From Podarcis bocagei (taxonomy: Eukaryota), in the NCBI GenBank assembly GCA_964188305.1, contig OZ076895.1: a stretch of 64,000 nucleotides of DNA, one strand, 5' to 3'. The translations under genes were made by a program, and so were the position numbers. Below are positions 24,367-37,888 of this stretch, one piece after another. The notes below the pieces were generated by a model, which saw nothing but the letters and a program-made list of their open reading frames with translations, ran no database searches and was not told the DNA's origin. The first letter of the stretch is position 1; every line of letters begins with the position of its first letter.

Positions 24367-24440
24367 TAGACCTCAGTGTCCGGGCAGAACGATGGGGGTG
24401 GAGACGCTCCTTCAGATATACGGGACCGAGGCCATTTAAG
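24367..24440 (-). mobile_element. Isolated internal fragment of a young L2 ORF2
   Basis: Minus strand encodes LNGLGPVYLKERLHPHRSARTLRS, typical of the L2 C-terminal region; CpGs retained. Confidence 0.7.
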
Positions 24441-25856
24441 ACAGGGCCACTGAAGACCTACAGCTAGGGTAGAATGTGACTTAGGCTGGTAAGTGGGGCA
24501 GCCAATGGCTGTCAGTGAGTTACTGGGTCTGCTATAGCTATTCCTTTCAGACTTATAGGGCCGGTTCTCAAAACCTATTCTATGAAAGTGGTTTTGTTGT
24601 AACCTTTGGTATCTTTCTGGTCATGTCTAGCTTTTCCAGATAAGCATGACCAGATGGCTACAAACATTTAAGTACTGGAATTTTGTACGCCTGGACAATT
24701 TCTTAATTTGGAACAGGCATATGTTCCAGGTCCAAAACTGACAAATAATTTCAATGGGAAATTCAAAGGGAATCTTACGATAAGTTTACTCTCACAGAAA
24801 AATTTAAGTGAAATGATTTATCACTTCCTAGAAAGGTTCTGCAGTTCCCTAGGTGGCCATTGAATTTAATTTTAAAAAATGTCATTTGACACAAATCTGA
24901 TTTTAAAGGAAGCCAAAAGGTGTTACTATGATATGTGCAAATTCTTAGAGGGATGGCTTTTCTCCTCCATCTCTTACTCTTATTAACTTGTGTAAGGTGC
25001 CAAAGGAATTGGCTATTGGCTAGGGAAAATTGCTATTCGGACTTGGAACCTGTTTGGGCAAAGGCTGATAATCCCAAAAAAATGGCCAGTTCATTCTTTC
25101 AGCTAAGTTCTAAAACAGATATAATTGCCTTGTTCAGTGGGTTAATTCTAAATTCATTTGTTTTAGTAACCCAAATATTATTTATAGTATTTATTGAACA
25201 GCATTTGCCCTCTATCAAAAACAGAGGTGAATTACCTTCTTGCTTGCCCAAACGAAGGAGTTGCCCTGAACAAGAAGGTAAGTACCAAGCAAGGGATCTG
25301 TAAAGTACCAAGATGCTTAATGAAACTGTTGAACACTGCATCTTCCAGCATCTTAAGATTTAGTTGACGGGACAAGAATAGAGTACAAAGCACATCCACA
25401 AGAATGCCTCCATATCCCTTCTGCTTGAGAGTCTCCCACAAAGAAATGATCAACAAAGCAAAGTTGGAGGTTAGGTGGGTTGGTTTTACATTTATTGTTT
25501 TCCTGTACAAACCCCAAACTCCACAGATGGTGACACTTTAAAATGTACATAGTGTTATATCCTGCAGAGCCAGAGGAGAGCTCACAGGGGTCTGGATACT
25601 CGGGTTCCCAAAGAAGGCTTCCCACACTAACAGGCTGATCAGGTCTTAGTAGTTTATTTAAAGAAAAAGCAGACTCACAACACAAGGTCTGAAGGCTCCC
25701 TCCTTGCCCCTGCTTCCAGCAGTCTGTGGGACAGACTCCACAACAAGGAGATGGCTTGTTCCAGGCACCGGAACAAATGCTTTTTATACAGCAGAGCAGC
25801 CCACAGGTGGCCATGATCTCCACCACCCTCAAGGTTCCCCACAGGTGGCTGAGATT

Positions 25857-26230
25857 CAGGGACGCGGACTTAGAAAAAATATTGGGGGGGCCCGGAAAAG
25901 CTCATGAATAATAAATAAGCTCATGAATATGCAAATAAAGTGGCTCCGGCCCTAAATAGGGCAAGCCACGCCCCCCAGCCAGCCGATTGGCTGGCTGGGA
26001 GGTGTGGCCAGTCGGGATTCCCCTGTTCTCGCGGGATTTCCGGCCGGGGCTCTCCGATTAGGGCGCGCGGCTGGCTGGCTGGCGAAGGAGCAGGTGAGGA
26101 GGAGGCAGGGGACGGCGGCGGCGCTCTGCTGGAAGGGCGCCCGCCCGAGATTATTGGGGGGCTGAGCCCCCCCCAAATTTTTTTTGAGGGGGCTCGAGCC
26201 CCCTCAAGCCCCATGGAGTCGGCGCCTATG
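25857..26230. mobile_element. 374-bp CpG-rich non-autonomous hAT element
   Basis: Perfect 8-bp TSD CTGAGATT (25849-25856, 26231-26238); TIRs CAGGGACGCGGACT / AGTCGGCGCCTATG. Confidence 0.88.
25920..25990. promoter_or_regulatory. Motif cluster: heptamer-octamer (POU), CArG box, KLF/SP box, CCAAT box
   Basis: CTCATGA 25920-25926, ATGCAAAT 25929-25936, CCTAAATAGG 25951-25960, GCCACGCCCC 25965-25974, ATTGG 25986-25990. Motif matches only; activity unknown. Confidence 0.35.
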
Positions 26231-26833
26231 CTGAGATTGCAAATTCGGTCTGGAGCCTAGTACCCCACCCCCAAGGATGAGGGTAACTCCCTTCCTTGAG
26301 CAGGTCAGTTAGCCTGCTTCCCAAGTGTGTTGTGTGAAAGCTTAGCACTACAGCTGCCACCAATTGTGAGGTTATCTTGAGTATTCGGCTGGTGCTAGCA
26401 AAGTGCCTGGAACAACTCCCCTCTGGTTCAACACAACATAGGCATCTACAGTAACAAAATACCACAATACCCACCCCAAATCCATAAAACATACATATGA
26501 AAGAAATATAGTTCAGAAAATATTCTTACCCCTTAAGACCACATCTTCAAGCTATTTTATCTAAAATTCAGAATGCCTGAAATATTAAGCTTGCTGCATG
26601 ACATACTTTTGTCCATTCTATTATTAGCTACACAAAAAGTGTGCTTTATATTCAGTGTAATTCACTGCCATGTATATTTGCATAAGGTTGTAATCTTAAA
26701 TAAGTAAATTTAGTGGATAATGGGGCTAGGGGCCCTATGCTTTTACCAGCAGACATCACTTTGGAAGCAGAGGGTGGCTGTGATAGCACTGTGGTCAGCA
26801 GCAGCAGATACAGGCACAGGTGGGTGCTAAGTG

Positions 26834-26835
<2 letters not shown>

Positions 26836-26907
<72 letters not shown>

Positions 26908-26909
26908 AC
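26836..26909. repeat. Compound (CT)n(CA)n microsatellite
   Basis: Direct reading. Confidence 0.97.
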
Positions 26910-28867
26910 GAATGTATGCATTCCCCAAGATCATATTGGATCCGGTTTTACTTTCAAGGAACAAGCAAATCAGGAAAGAAACCAGTGGAAATTTGAAGTA
27001 GAGCTAGGAATGAAGAAAGCACAATAAGAAAACAATGGCACTAAAAACTGTTGTCTAGCTATTGCAAACAAAGAAAAACAACAACAAAAAGATGTTGCCT
27101 ATTCACTCTTTTAAAACAATCTTTATCAAAATGCAAAAACTGGGAGATAAAACATCACCTAATGGAAGATCAGGGTTAACTTGAGAGATTCACAGCTAAT
27201 TTGTTTGTTGTACCACAGGGATCCGTCCAAACATCCTGTTTTATTGTAGTGCTCAATTATATTTCTGCTGCCCGAGCACTGAGATGGCAAAAAGGGAGAG
27301 GAGAAGAAGCTCATCAAACAATGCTTTTGTCTGCATTGTAACTAGCTCTAAGCCAGGCCCTTTGCTATGCTCAAATGAGCAATGGACATGCTATCACTGC
27401 ACTTTGACAGCATTTCCCCCGGCTGGTCTAATAATTAAAAATAAATCCTATACTACCATGACATCATTTACACAGTATTAGGAACTACAAATGGTTCAGA
27501 TGCTGTTTCCTCCGTCTTTCATTTTCATCTGAAATTTAATTGGTGCCTTGTGTCTCGGGCACTAGCTCCCTCCATTGAGAAATGGAACAGTGATGCATTT
27601 AAGCTGCCGCCCAGGACACAGTTATATCTGTCCTCAGCCACATTGGTTTCATGTTATTGAATGGATGGGAGCCATAGTGATTCTCTTTCATCTCCCATGC
27701 TGTTACAGAAGGCTGGGTGTTCTCTCAGCAAAACAGAGTGCTTAAAGTAAACTTGATCCTTTGCTACTGAACCGCCTTACCTGTTTGCCAGGTCTAGAAG
27801 TGATTGGAGTGTTTACAGGTTACCTTGGGACCCCCTTTTAAAAACAGGCATTGAATAGCTGTCTCCCCCACCCTTCTGAGACCCCTGCAGCTTTTTGAAG
27901 ATCACGTACACAGATACGTGATCACATAATGTGGTTAATGTGGTCCCACAATCGTTCCGACCTTTCTCACAGGACTGCAGTCTGCGTAAACAGTGTACAA
28001 GCAAAACAAAGGAAAACCAAAAGCAGGAATCCATGCCAGGTATTCTGGCACAAGATCACATTATGTGAACTGCAAATGTATTTATAGTAGAGTCAGAAGC
28101 ACGTGAAAAACAAAGATGAATTTTAACAGAAGGACACCTTACAACCTTATGGATCCTCCATAGATTATTCCAACAATAATTTTAAATTCATACAGGATGT
28201 TAAAATTGATACTAAATAAATAGAAAAATGGGTAAAATAAATGCAATGTTTGTTTCTCTACTCTAACCTACAGGGTGATGTAGCAGTGGGCCTCTTGGGG
28301 TCCATTAAAACTCTACTTTCTAATATCTTAAACGTCCTGGAAGCAAGAAGATTGGTGGTGACCCATCTTTGCCTCATCACTATTACAGAAATATCTGTAT
28401 TGATTTGCTACTGTTGTTTGCCTAGGGTCAGGTTTACCGTAATTCAAATTGCTCTATCCAATAACCTTAGGCTACCCAGAGCAAACAATATCACTTGCGT
28501 GCCTAACTTTGAAGTAAGGGTAAAGGTGCTTTCAACTTGCTTCATATTTTTGATAAAAGCAAAAACGCAACAAGAACACCAAAGCAGTAACATTTCTACA
28601 ACACTCTTCTGAGGGTTTCAAGGGAAGCTCTTTGCTGCCCTCTATGGGCATGTTTAAAAACTGCCAATTGTTGAAATGCTACTGTATTTGTTGAAATACT
28701 GCTGTATGTCCAATATTGTTCTAAATTGGTATTTCAACTCCCCAGCTTTGAGCCCAACTTCAATCAGAAAACTCTTATTCATCCTCCCAAAGCACTCCAA
28801 TAATATTTCCTCATTGAAAAAAATTAAGAACCATAACTTTTTGGTAGCTTTTATTATACTTTATTAT

Positions 28868-29210
28868 ACGCGGGTGGCGCTGTGTGTTAAACCACAGAGC
28901 CTAGGACTTGCCGCAGAAGGTCGGCGGTTCAAATCCCCACGATGGGGTGAGCTCCCGTTGCTCGGTCCCTGCTCCTGCCAACCTAGCAGTTCGAAAGCAC
29001 GTCAAAGTGCAAGTAGATAAATAGGTACCACTCCGGAGGGAAGGTAAATGGCATTTCCGTGCGCTGCTCTGGTTCGCCAGAAGCGGCTTAGTCCTGCTGG
29101 CCACATGACTCGGAAGCTGTACACCCGCTCCCTTGGCCAATAAAGCAAGATGAGAGCCACAACCCCAGAGTCGGTCAGGGCTGGACCTAATGGTCAGGGG
29201 TCCCTTTACC
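28868..29210 (+). mobile_element. Sauria SINE S2
   Basis: ACGCGGGTGGCGCTGTGTGTTAAACCACAG ... GGGGTCCCTTTACC; TTTATTATACTTT occurs on both flanks. Confidence 0.95.
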
Positions 29211-31338
29211 TTTATTATACTTTTAATATTCTTGTTTGAGACCATCAAGTTCAAGACGCTACAGCAAGAAATCAGGATCCCCAGAGCTGCCCTAGAATAC
29301 CATGGCCAATGATATCAAAAGCCACTAACAGGTCAAGAAGAACAAGCAGCGTCATATTGCCACCATTTCTTTCCCAGCATATCTTCAATGACCTTGGTCT
29401 CCCTGGTCACCTGAAGTCAAATGGATCTGATAATGAAACATGCCTGAAGCTGGGCCAATGCAACCCTCTTAAGCACATTACACCCAAAAAGGAATATTTG
29501 CCACTGCAGAAGTAGTTGGATTAAGCCCAAACCACAACAGTGAGGGATCATCCCAGAATAATAGGCTCACAACAAGCCTCCCATCATCAAAACAGTACTA
29601 ATCTGCTTGGTGGCAAAAAGAAAACAAGACAAAAAACAACAACAGGTCAAACATATGTCCAGTCACATGTATTGGGGGATCAATGACATATAAATTATCA
29701 AGGAGGTCATGAAGTTCCATTTGAGTTATCTTTAAAGTAGATGAAGGGATCATGCCGCACCACACCTGAGATTATCTCCACCAGCTCATCCACTCAGATG
29801 GAGGTTATACACAGTTTGTAACCTATTTGGTAAACTATACAGAGGAGAAACTGTTGGGCACTTGGGGGGGAAATGCCCCCCCCTTTCCTGCTGTTGAGGA
29901 CAAATGGGCTGACAATTTAGTTTGGATTGGGAGGGAATTAGATGCCTGACATAATTATCGACAAATTTAATGAACTTTAAATAAAAATGGAGTAGGTGGA
30001 GATATAGGTTTGTGTGGTGCCCATATACAGTTTCCCCAGTCCAGGTACCCAAGAGCAAATGAGGAAAGGGCTTCACCATTCATTCAGTGCAAAAAAAGAA
30101 TGCATGGATGGAGCTGCCCTACACCCCATTTCCCACCATGAGGAGAACGGGGAAGCTATGGCATCACATACAGAACTCTGGGGCAGAAGCCGCAAATGGC
30201 AACATCTAATGAAGTAACGTTCAATAAAATGTAGCTCAATACTGTACTTCAGCTGTAGGAATGATGAAGCTTTTTACTTCTGAACACCTCTGTTGATTAT
30301 TAAGTGAGCCAGGATAGATCCACAGATGCATCTCATCACCTGACAGCTCATCAGTGTGAGTGGGCCCTTTACGCTACCTGATAATTTATCACTTAATCAA
30401 TTAATAGCCAACTTCTACATTGTACCATTATTTATTAGTGAATACTACCTCACTTAACTCCATTTAAAAATATTGTGACTATGACAGGTATATATGGCAG
30501 CAATTAATCTGAAAATTCTCATTTCACACAGGAATCACTTGATACTAGAGTCAATTAGGATCTAATTCTATGTCTACTTACCTGGGAGTAAAACACCATT
30601 ATGTTCAATAGGACAGTAAGTGGAAGAAAAAACACAAGTGGAGAAAAAAACTATAAATTAAAAAAATATACCGGTAACTTAAGAAGTGCATCAAAAAGCC
30701 AAAGATCTACAATTATAATTTCAGTGGACAAATCTATTCAGCTAATTTACCACCTGCTGTCATGGCTCAAGTTTTTAACATTTTAAAAAGAATTCAGTTG
30801 ATCACAGACATGACTCCTGCCTTTAGTTTTGCTATGTGATAACTACAAACTCTGAATGACCTGCTGATAAAAAATTAATGCTTAATCCATTATTTCAGAA
30901 GGTATTACAAAAAAGGCACCTGCTGTAGATGCTCCAGAAACAAAGTTCTCTAATTAAGAGCATGATCTCCTTATTGGAAAATGAAGGCTTTTAGTAGAAT
31001 TGTAGTATAGCAAAGCATTCAGTCTGTGCATGACTGAGCTTTCCAGCTTCATTGTGTACACCAACAAGGTATCATTTTTAATGTAACAGGGTATTTGCCT
31101 ACTTTATGTGGAAGATGTTAGCACCTGCTGTTACATGGTATCACAAACAATGGCCAACTGTTGGTTTTGCTTGTGGGAACCATATCCAAGCTCGTCCTCA
31201 GCCATTAAGCTTACAGGTGTTCCTCAACAGGTGACTATGGTTTCTTGCCATACACAGTTGTGTACAATCCACTTTCCTATGGTTGTCCTAGGCAGCTATA
31301 CTTTCCCACTAAACCTGTTCTTTGTGTGGCCTCTATTG

Positions 31339-31340
<2 letters not shown>

Positions 31341-31427
<87 letters not shown>
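31341..31427. repeat. Compound (GT)n(GA)n microsatellite
   Basis: Direct reading. Confidence 0.97.
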
Positions 31428-31429
<2 letters not shown>

Positions 31430-33577
31430 TTTATGAGACGAAGTGTGAAAGAAACTAATTATCTTTGGCTCTGAGGCATGTTAAAGCTGGATGGTCATCT
31501 GCCTGCACAATAAATTATTATATTGTGGTAGAAACTCATTAGCAACCACATATTGAAAACTTTTTCAGCAGCAACACTACTGAAGACCCACAAATAAAAT
31601 CAGACATATTTGCTCTAAAATCTGAAAGCAATGGATAAGAACACTTGTTTTTAGACATCTATTTTCTATGTGATCCCACATATTCTCTCCCATATTTCTT
31701 TGTCTGTTTGCTTGACTTTATGAAGAGATGCATATTAAACCAACTGACTTGTTTGTTTATGATCTGCTATGGATATAAGCATTTACATTCATTACAATTA
31801 ATGCAGTCGAGAGGTAGAACTGCATGGTCCCATTCCGTGCATTCAGTGGGAAGAGTAAAACACATAGGCCTTTTCTTATATAGGTTCCAAGGCAATGTAC
31901 ACATATAAGATAATTATACGGATGCATAAATAAGCTAAATAATTTCTGTCTATATCCAGCAGGGGAGGTGCCCATAGTGCAAAGGTGTATGTGGAGCTAA
32001 CAGAACACAATATTATTAGTAATTAACTAAGAAGTAAAGGTTTAGAACAATAAATACATCCTGAGTACAATGAACTGCACCACAAGTTATGTATTTAGGA
32101 TACTTATAATCCCACTCCTTTGGGAATTTCAGAAAAGACAGCATGGGTCTTCCAGTGTTCTCTCTCCAGGTGCCGATTAGGACTTGACAGCTTCAGCAGT
32201 GACAACCAATTAGCAACCCCATCCCCTGACAATCGTTCACTATTGTGCAGTAGTGACTCTACGCATGGGAAGTACTCTTATCGCCTTCCTTGTTTGTAGC
32301 TGCTGCCAACACACCATTTGGATTCCTGTGGGCCAAAGAGGCCCACAGGATACATCTCTAATGGGCTTTTAATGAATCCTTTTCGCCCAGCAAGAGCACT
32401 CCAGTGTTCAAGAAGGAAACACCAGTGCAACAAGACCAAGAGAGACTTCTGCAGAGGAGATAAGGCCATAACCTGCACATCTGTGATGGGGTGATCTGTT
32501 CCCCAACACCACTGCTTTGACCCTTAGGTCATGAACTATGTTATAGTATAGAATCTCACTGATATTTTAGCCTATCAAATTAATGTTGAACTGTAAAAAA
32601 AACCAAGAAGAATGCTATTTCTTTCTGATGAATGGTTTGCAGCTTGCACATAGGGTTTGTAGGTTTAAAATATCCTGAAAATTCGAACCCATAAATAGCT
32701 ATAAAAACCAAAAGGATCAGGTTAAGCTGTAAGTGTGTCATTGTGGATAAGAGATCCTACTGTGCACCACACAGTTGCTTCTACCAATAATACATCTGCT
32801 ATGAACTCAGAAGGTATCCTTACCTTAGTCAAGCTAAAATAATCCCACCTGCAACAGGGGCATAATACGGACCTACTTTATAGGGTTGTTATAAGGTAAT
32901 GTACTTTTAATAAATGTTAAATGGGTTACAAACATTTATGCTTGTGATACATAAGACGTTCTTTAGTTCACCAACATCCAATCTAGTTTTGTACAGAAAA
33001 CAGTGTGAGTGGAGAGGTACAATACGGCATGCTTTTCTTCCACGACACTGAATGTCAGTTCTCTCATTTTCACAACTTACTATCCAATACTGCATGTGTG
33101 AACTTTCCCACCTAATTGTATGCTCATCAAAATGCTATCACGCTCTACAAATGTGAAGAACATTACACTCTTCAGTTATGTTCCATCTTACAGGGCTGGC
33201 TCAAAGCATTTTGTTCCCGAAACACAACCTGGGAGGTGAATCCAAGGGATTTTTTCAGTGCTCACCACCATCCTTGGACTGGGAATGGCTATGAATGATA
33301 TGATAAATACAGTCTAGATGTCTCTGTGACTTTGTAAGGAATCCAGGGATACAATTCTTGGCTCGTGTTATGCTTTTGTGAAAAACTATCACCCCCAAGA
33401 ATGCAGGTTCTGCATTTCTAGCACAGAGCTCAGAACAATGTCTTGACTTCTGAATTCAATGCATGAAATCGTGGCACTTGTCTATCATCTCAGTTTAAAT
33501 GCTGCTGCAGCACTATCACTGTTCCAAAAATATATCCACAGGTACATCTGTAGTGACCATTTGCAACCATAGTTATA

Positions 33578-34050
33578 CAGGTGTCACCCCACTTATGGAG
33601 GGGTTATATCCCGTGCCCCCACATGCATAAGTGAAATTGCATAAAATGGGGAGTGCTCTTTAAAAGGTCTCTAAATGCCCATTCCCCCCTGCTCTCCAGC
33701 ACTCTCTCCCGCTCTCTCTCTCTCCACAGAACTCTCTCTTCAACTAGAGTTGCAGCTCTGGGGCCAGCTGGAGGCTGCTGCTGCTGCACTACCCCACGTG
33801 TCAGCTGTTAGATGGGGAGGCTGAGCAGCCTAAACAAAGCCGTGCTGCACCCCAGGTTTCTTTGGGGCTTCCTCCACCCCCACAGACGTCCTCTTTGGGA
33901 TCCAAGGAAGGTCTACTCACAAGTCACGAGGACTCTCCAGCTCTCTCCTACCATTTCCTGCTACAATTCTATTTATTTAATTATTTCATGGTGCCGTGCA
34001 TATATGCGGCCGCAAGTGAGTAGAACACATGTAAGTGGAGGGGATACCTG
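33578..34050. mobile_element. Tigger-like MITE with CAGG-type TIR
   Basis: TA-CAGGTGTCACCCCACTTA ... TAAGTGGAGGGGATACCTG-TA. Confidence 0.75.
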
Positions 34051-35539
34051 TATGTATTAAAAATGCTTAGTTGTCCACAGATTGAATCTAGTAATATCAT
34101 AAATACAACAAGCCCGTAGGAAAGACTATGGCAATTCGGGACTAATAAGCTGCTATATAATAAGAAGCGACTGTGAGAGCAATTGCTGTTGCTTGATGGG
34201 TTCTCATCGGGAGGCGACAGAGAAAATGCAGTGCTGATACAGCAGCTGCCATCCTGTCTGCCACTGCAACATCTGCTGCTTTCTACTCATGCTATCACAA
34301 ACAGGGCATCTGTCTGTACTGTGCTTGCTGATGAGCTGAAAGATGCTGCAATAGGAACAAGATTGCTTCTCAAAAAAAAAAAGCAAAAGCATGACATTGG
34401 TGGGTATTTAGTTTTCTTTCAGTCCCCCGCTCCCTCTCCTAGCAATGGTATAAGGTAGAGTTCATTTAAAACCAAACAAAAATCCCGTCTTGAGATGTGA
34501 GTGTACTTTTGTATAAGGCTGCCAAGAGTGGGTTTTACCCAACAACCCTTTATCATATCTTTCTTTAAAACAGAGTTGTTAGTGCATTTCTCATACGCAA
34601 CGGAAACAAATTTAAGGATAAGGCTGATTAATTCCTACTATTTCATTTATTTATTACAGGTATTTCTACCCTACTCTTTGAATAAATTCCAAGACCAGTG
34701 TTAAGAATCAATATTAAAATATCCTAAAAACAATATACCAAAAATAACCCTACCTAAAAAAGAGCAGCATAAAATCAACATAGAGATTTTATTATAATTA
34801 AAGAGTGAATTAAAAGGCCTGGCAAAATAAAGTAGGTGCCAGGGAGCCTCCATAGGGGCAGCCCCTGGGAAGCTTGTTTCCCTGGGAACCACCTGGGAAC
34901 ATCCCTGGGAACATCCCTGGACACAACATTGCAGCTCCCATTAGGAAAGTACTAAACCTTAATGTCTTAGCCAAACCATCAGAATCGTCACTCTTAATTA
35001 TGGCACTAGATATTTTTTTAAGCCTTTGACGGTTTGCAGTAGAATGTTCTGACACCAGTTCTCAAAAAAATGAAAATTCGTCCCCCAATTTCTTAATACG
35101 ATCCAGCATATATATATTGCACATCCCAAGCTGTAGTCAGAATCAACGGTTTAGAGTCAGCCTTTGCTGCCTTTGATGTACCTACATAGGGGAACAAAAA
35201 AAGGATGCCCTGTAAAATAGAATCATTTTGTTAAGTATGTAAAGGATGACTCACACAATTTGAATCCACATTGACAATCCTCCCTCTCCCGATATGCGCT
35301 CTATATACACCAGTGTATGAGCTTAAGACAAGGCTTCAAATTTTATGTTTATTGTTAAGAAATGTATAAATAAGCTCGCAATAGTACCCTCCTCCCAGTC
35401 CTGACCTTACTTTTGTTTACTACATATTTCCGTATTACCTTTTTGAACTAAGTGCCTTCTAATAATTTGCAAACTGAATTGTATGATTAATGTTGAATCT
35501 TTGTATTTTCTTAAAATCAATGGCAGCATCTGGGAAAGG

Positions 35540-35628
35540 GCCTAACCTACCTCACAGAGTTGCTGTGAGGAGAAAATGAGGAAAGCACACAGGCACCTTG
35601 AGCTCCTTGGAGGAAAGGTGGAATCTAG
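35540..35628 (+). mobile_element. MIR/Squam3-like SINE 3' part
   Basis: CCTAACCTACCTCACAGAGTTGCTGTGAGG core followed by CCTTGAGCTCCTTGGAGGAAAGG; a similar core lies at about 32850-32896. Confidence 0.55.
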
Positions 35629-36247
35629 TTGCAAGTTAGAAAACAAGCAACATCTTAATCAGAGTTTGGAAAGTGCATTTAAAAATAAAAAATAAAAAAA
35701 TTCACATGAAGCTGTCAGCCAAGAAGCTATAGATGCCTTAGGCAAGTGCTACATAAAATTTGTTTTCACAAATAGTAGTAGTAGTAGTAATAATGATGAT
35801 GATTATGATGATTTATTTATACCCCACCCATCTGGCTGGGTTTCCTGTGATACAAATTGGAATGTGGGAGAGAAATGGTAAATAACCAGCCAAATGGATA
35901 GCTGCAGCCAGATCTCTGGTTATTATTGTTAGCTGCAGATCTCTCATATTTATTGTAAACAGGGAACAATAGTTGATAGTTTCTGTTTTGCCATTTTCAA
36001 ATATGACTGTTTATAGCCTATCATACTACTAAGCAAACTCAAGATCGTGAGTTTTTTGCAATCGTCAAGAATTTACTTAGTACTGTCCTGTAATATTAAC
36101 TAGATTGTATATTTAAATCCTAACGTAAGACAGTGACAAAAAACACACCCTACACAGATACATTTACTTTACATGGACTGGCTATAACTACCCAGGAAAG
36201 AAATATTGGAGCCATGTTGGATAACTCAATAAAAACACCCACTGAGA

Positions 36248-36332
36248 CTGCAATCTTATACATGCTTATCTGGGAATAAGGCCCATTGAACTCAATGGGA
36301 CTTATTTCTGAGGAGGCATGCATAGGATTGCA
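36248..36332. repeat. Ancient short palindromic interspersed repeat
   Basis: TGCAATCTTATACATGC...CCCATTGAACTCAATGGG...GCATGCATAGGATTGCA; related degraded copies near 16525, 30560, 41170 and 44270. Confidence 0.6.
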
Positions 36333-36599
36333 CAGGAGAGCCCCAGCTGATGGACAAGGTTGGTGACCCATTGTGTACAATTCAGACTGTCTCATCTTTT
36401 TAAAGGATGGCATGTTGTTGGAACAGGTACAGGATATAACAATCAAAATGATGACACAATGACGAGGCTGAAGTATTTATGCTATTTAGGTTTTTTTAAT
36501 TATAGTTTAGGGGAAACATTGTGCATGATGTTGGAAACACACCAGAAGAATATATATTCTCCCCCCTTCTAGTAACGCTAGAACTGGGTAATTCCACAC

Positions 36600-36938
36600 A
36601 CACACACCCCACTGACTTAGAACAGATAAAACAAAGTACCTTTTCACTCTATGCATAATTAACATATATGGAATTTGCAGCAAGGAGTCTGTGGCCGCTA
36701 GCTTTCAGAGGAGATCAGGCCAAATGTATGAAATATGCTTCTGCCAATGGTCACTGTAGCCAAATGGAACCTTCAAGTAGCAGCTGCTGAGTGTGGAGGC
36801 CAAAGGCAGGTAAGGGCTGTTGCCTAAATAACTGGCTTGTAGGCTTCCTGGAAGCATCTGGACAATGACCCCTGGAAACAGGATGCTGGACTAATGGCCT
36901 CTGGCTCTTATCCAACATATCTGTTTTTCTGTGTTCTA
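36600..36938 (+). mobile_element. CR1/L3-type LINE 3' end remnant
   Basis: GGAAACAGGATGCTGGACTA...TCTGTGTTCT tail; the upstream boundary is approximate. Confidence 0.5.
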
Positions 36939-37888
36939 CATTCCATGTATTGAAAACTTACAGGCCATCCTCTGTTACATTTCTTGTCCTTCTGCCTCTC
37001 TTCTCAGTAACACAGTTTCTTACATTTGCTACTGCTTCCAATTATAGGAAACCAGACAACAGTTCCCCTGTGAAAAACACTGTTGACACCTTCTTCTTAG
37101 AAATCCTCGCGTCTCGCTCCAGAAGGAGCCCCCAACTGAATCAGCATATCTGATACTACAGATGAGTAATAGTACTGTGTACACTAAACACAGCCTCCAC
37201 CAGGGATTAAGCACAGAGAGGAGCACCTGTGGTTTCCAGAGAAGACCAAACGCTCTCAGAACAGCTCACGTATGAGTCTCTTTATTAAAAACAAACAAGC
37301 AAAAGTAGACAAGATTGAAACAGCAGCAATATGGGCCAGATTAAAACAGTGCTTTTAAAAGAAAAGGCTTGGTTCAATTAAAATAAAAAAGATCTGCTCC
37401 CAGCACTGAACAGGCATCTAATTCAGAGGAGGAAGAGCAAGAGGGAGGGAGGGAGAGAGATTCAAAACAGGAACTATCACAGGAAACAAGCTGATGGTGA
37501 GCACATCCCCAGATAGTCAGCAGATTGGACCAGTTTCTCACCTTAAGAGGATGGAGTTACTTGGCTTAGCAAGATGAGGGAAAATAAGAGCAAGAGGAGG
37601 CGTAATTCTAAAAATTAGAAACTATAAGGAAAGAGTCAATAGGGAATTGTTACTTTTTTCTCAAGTCGCTAAAACTGTGGGGCACCTCTTGAATTTATCT
37701 GAAGTCGTTTTAGGGAAAATCAAAACGGCCTAACCATGTAATTTGTTAAAAGGAAAAGGAAAAGAAAAGGCTGTGGGTGGTGAGAGGATGGGCTGGAGAC
37801 ACAGAGGCTTGCGCAGGCTTAATCCTTCCTGATTAACAGCCTTACGTATGCCACAGAGGGCAGAGTGAAACAGGGATCTGTCATATGC

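Larger units (their letters stand above)
25553..26435 (-). mobile_element. Solo LTR (about 500 bp net) interrupted by a hAT element
   Basis: TG...CA termini flanked by ACATAG (25547-25552, 26436-26441). On the minus strand TATAAAAA (25781-25788) precedes AATAAA (25653-25658), the U3-R-U5 order. Confidence 0.65.

Noticed and set aside
24935-25303. 122-aa ORF with a signal-peptide-like start and a strong donor AAG|GTAAGT near 25277
   Set aside because: GTG start, AT-rich intron-like composition and no recognisable homology.
26531-26577. Minus-strand AG...GTAAG exon-like segment
   Set aside because: Poor pyrimidine tract and stops in all frames.
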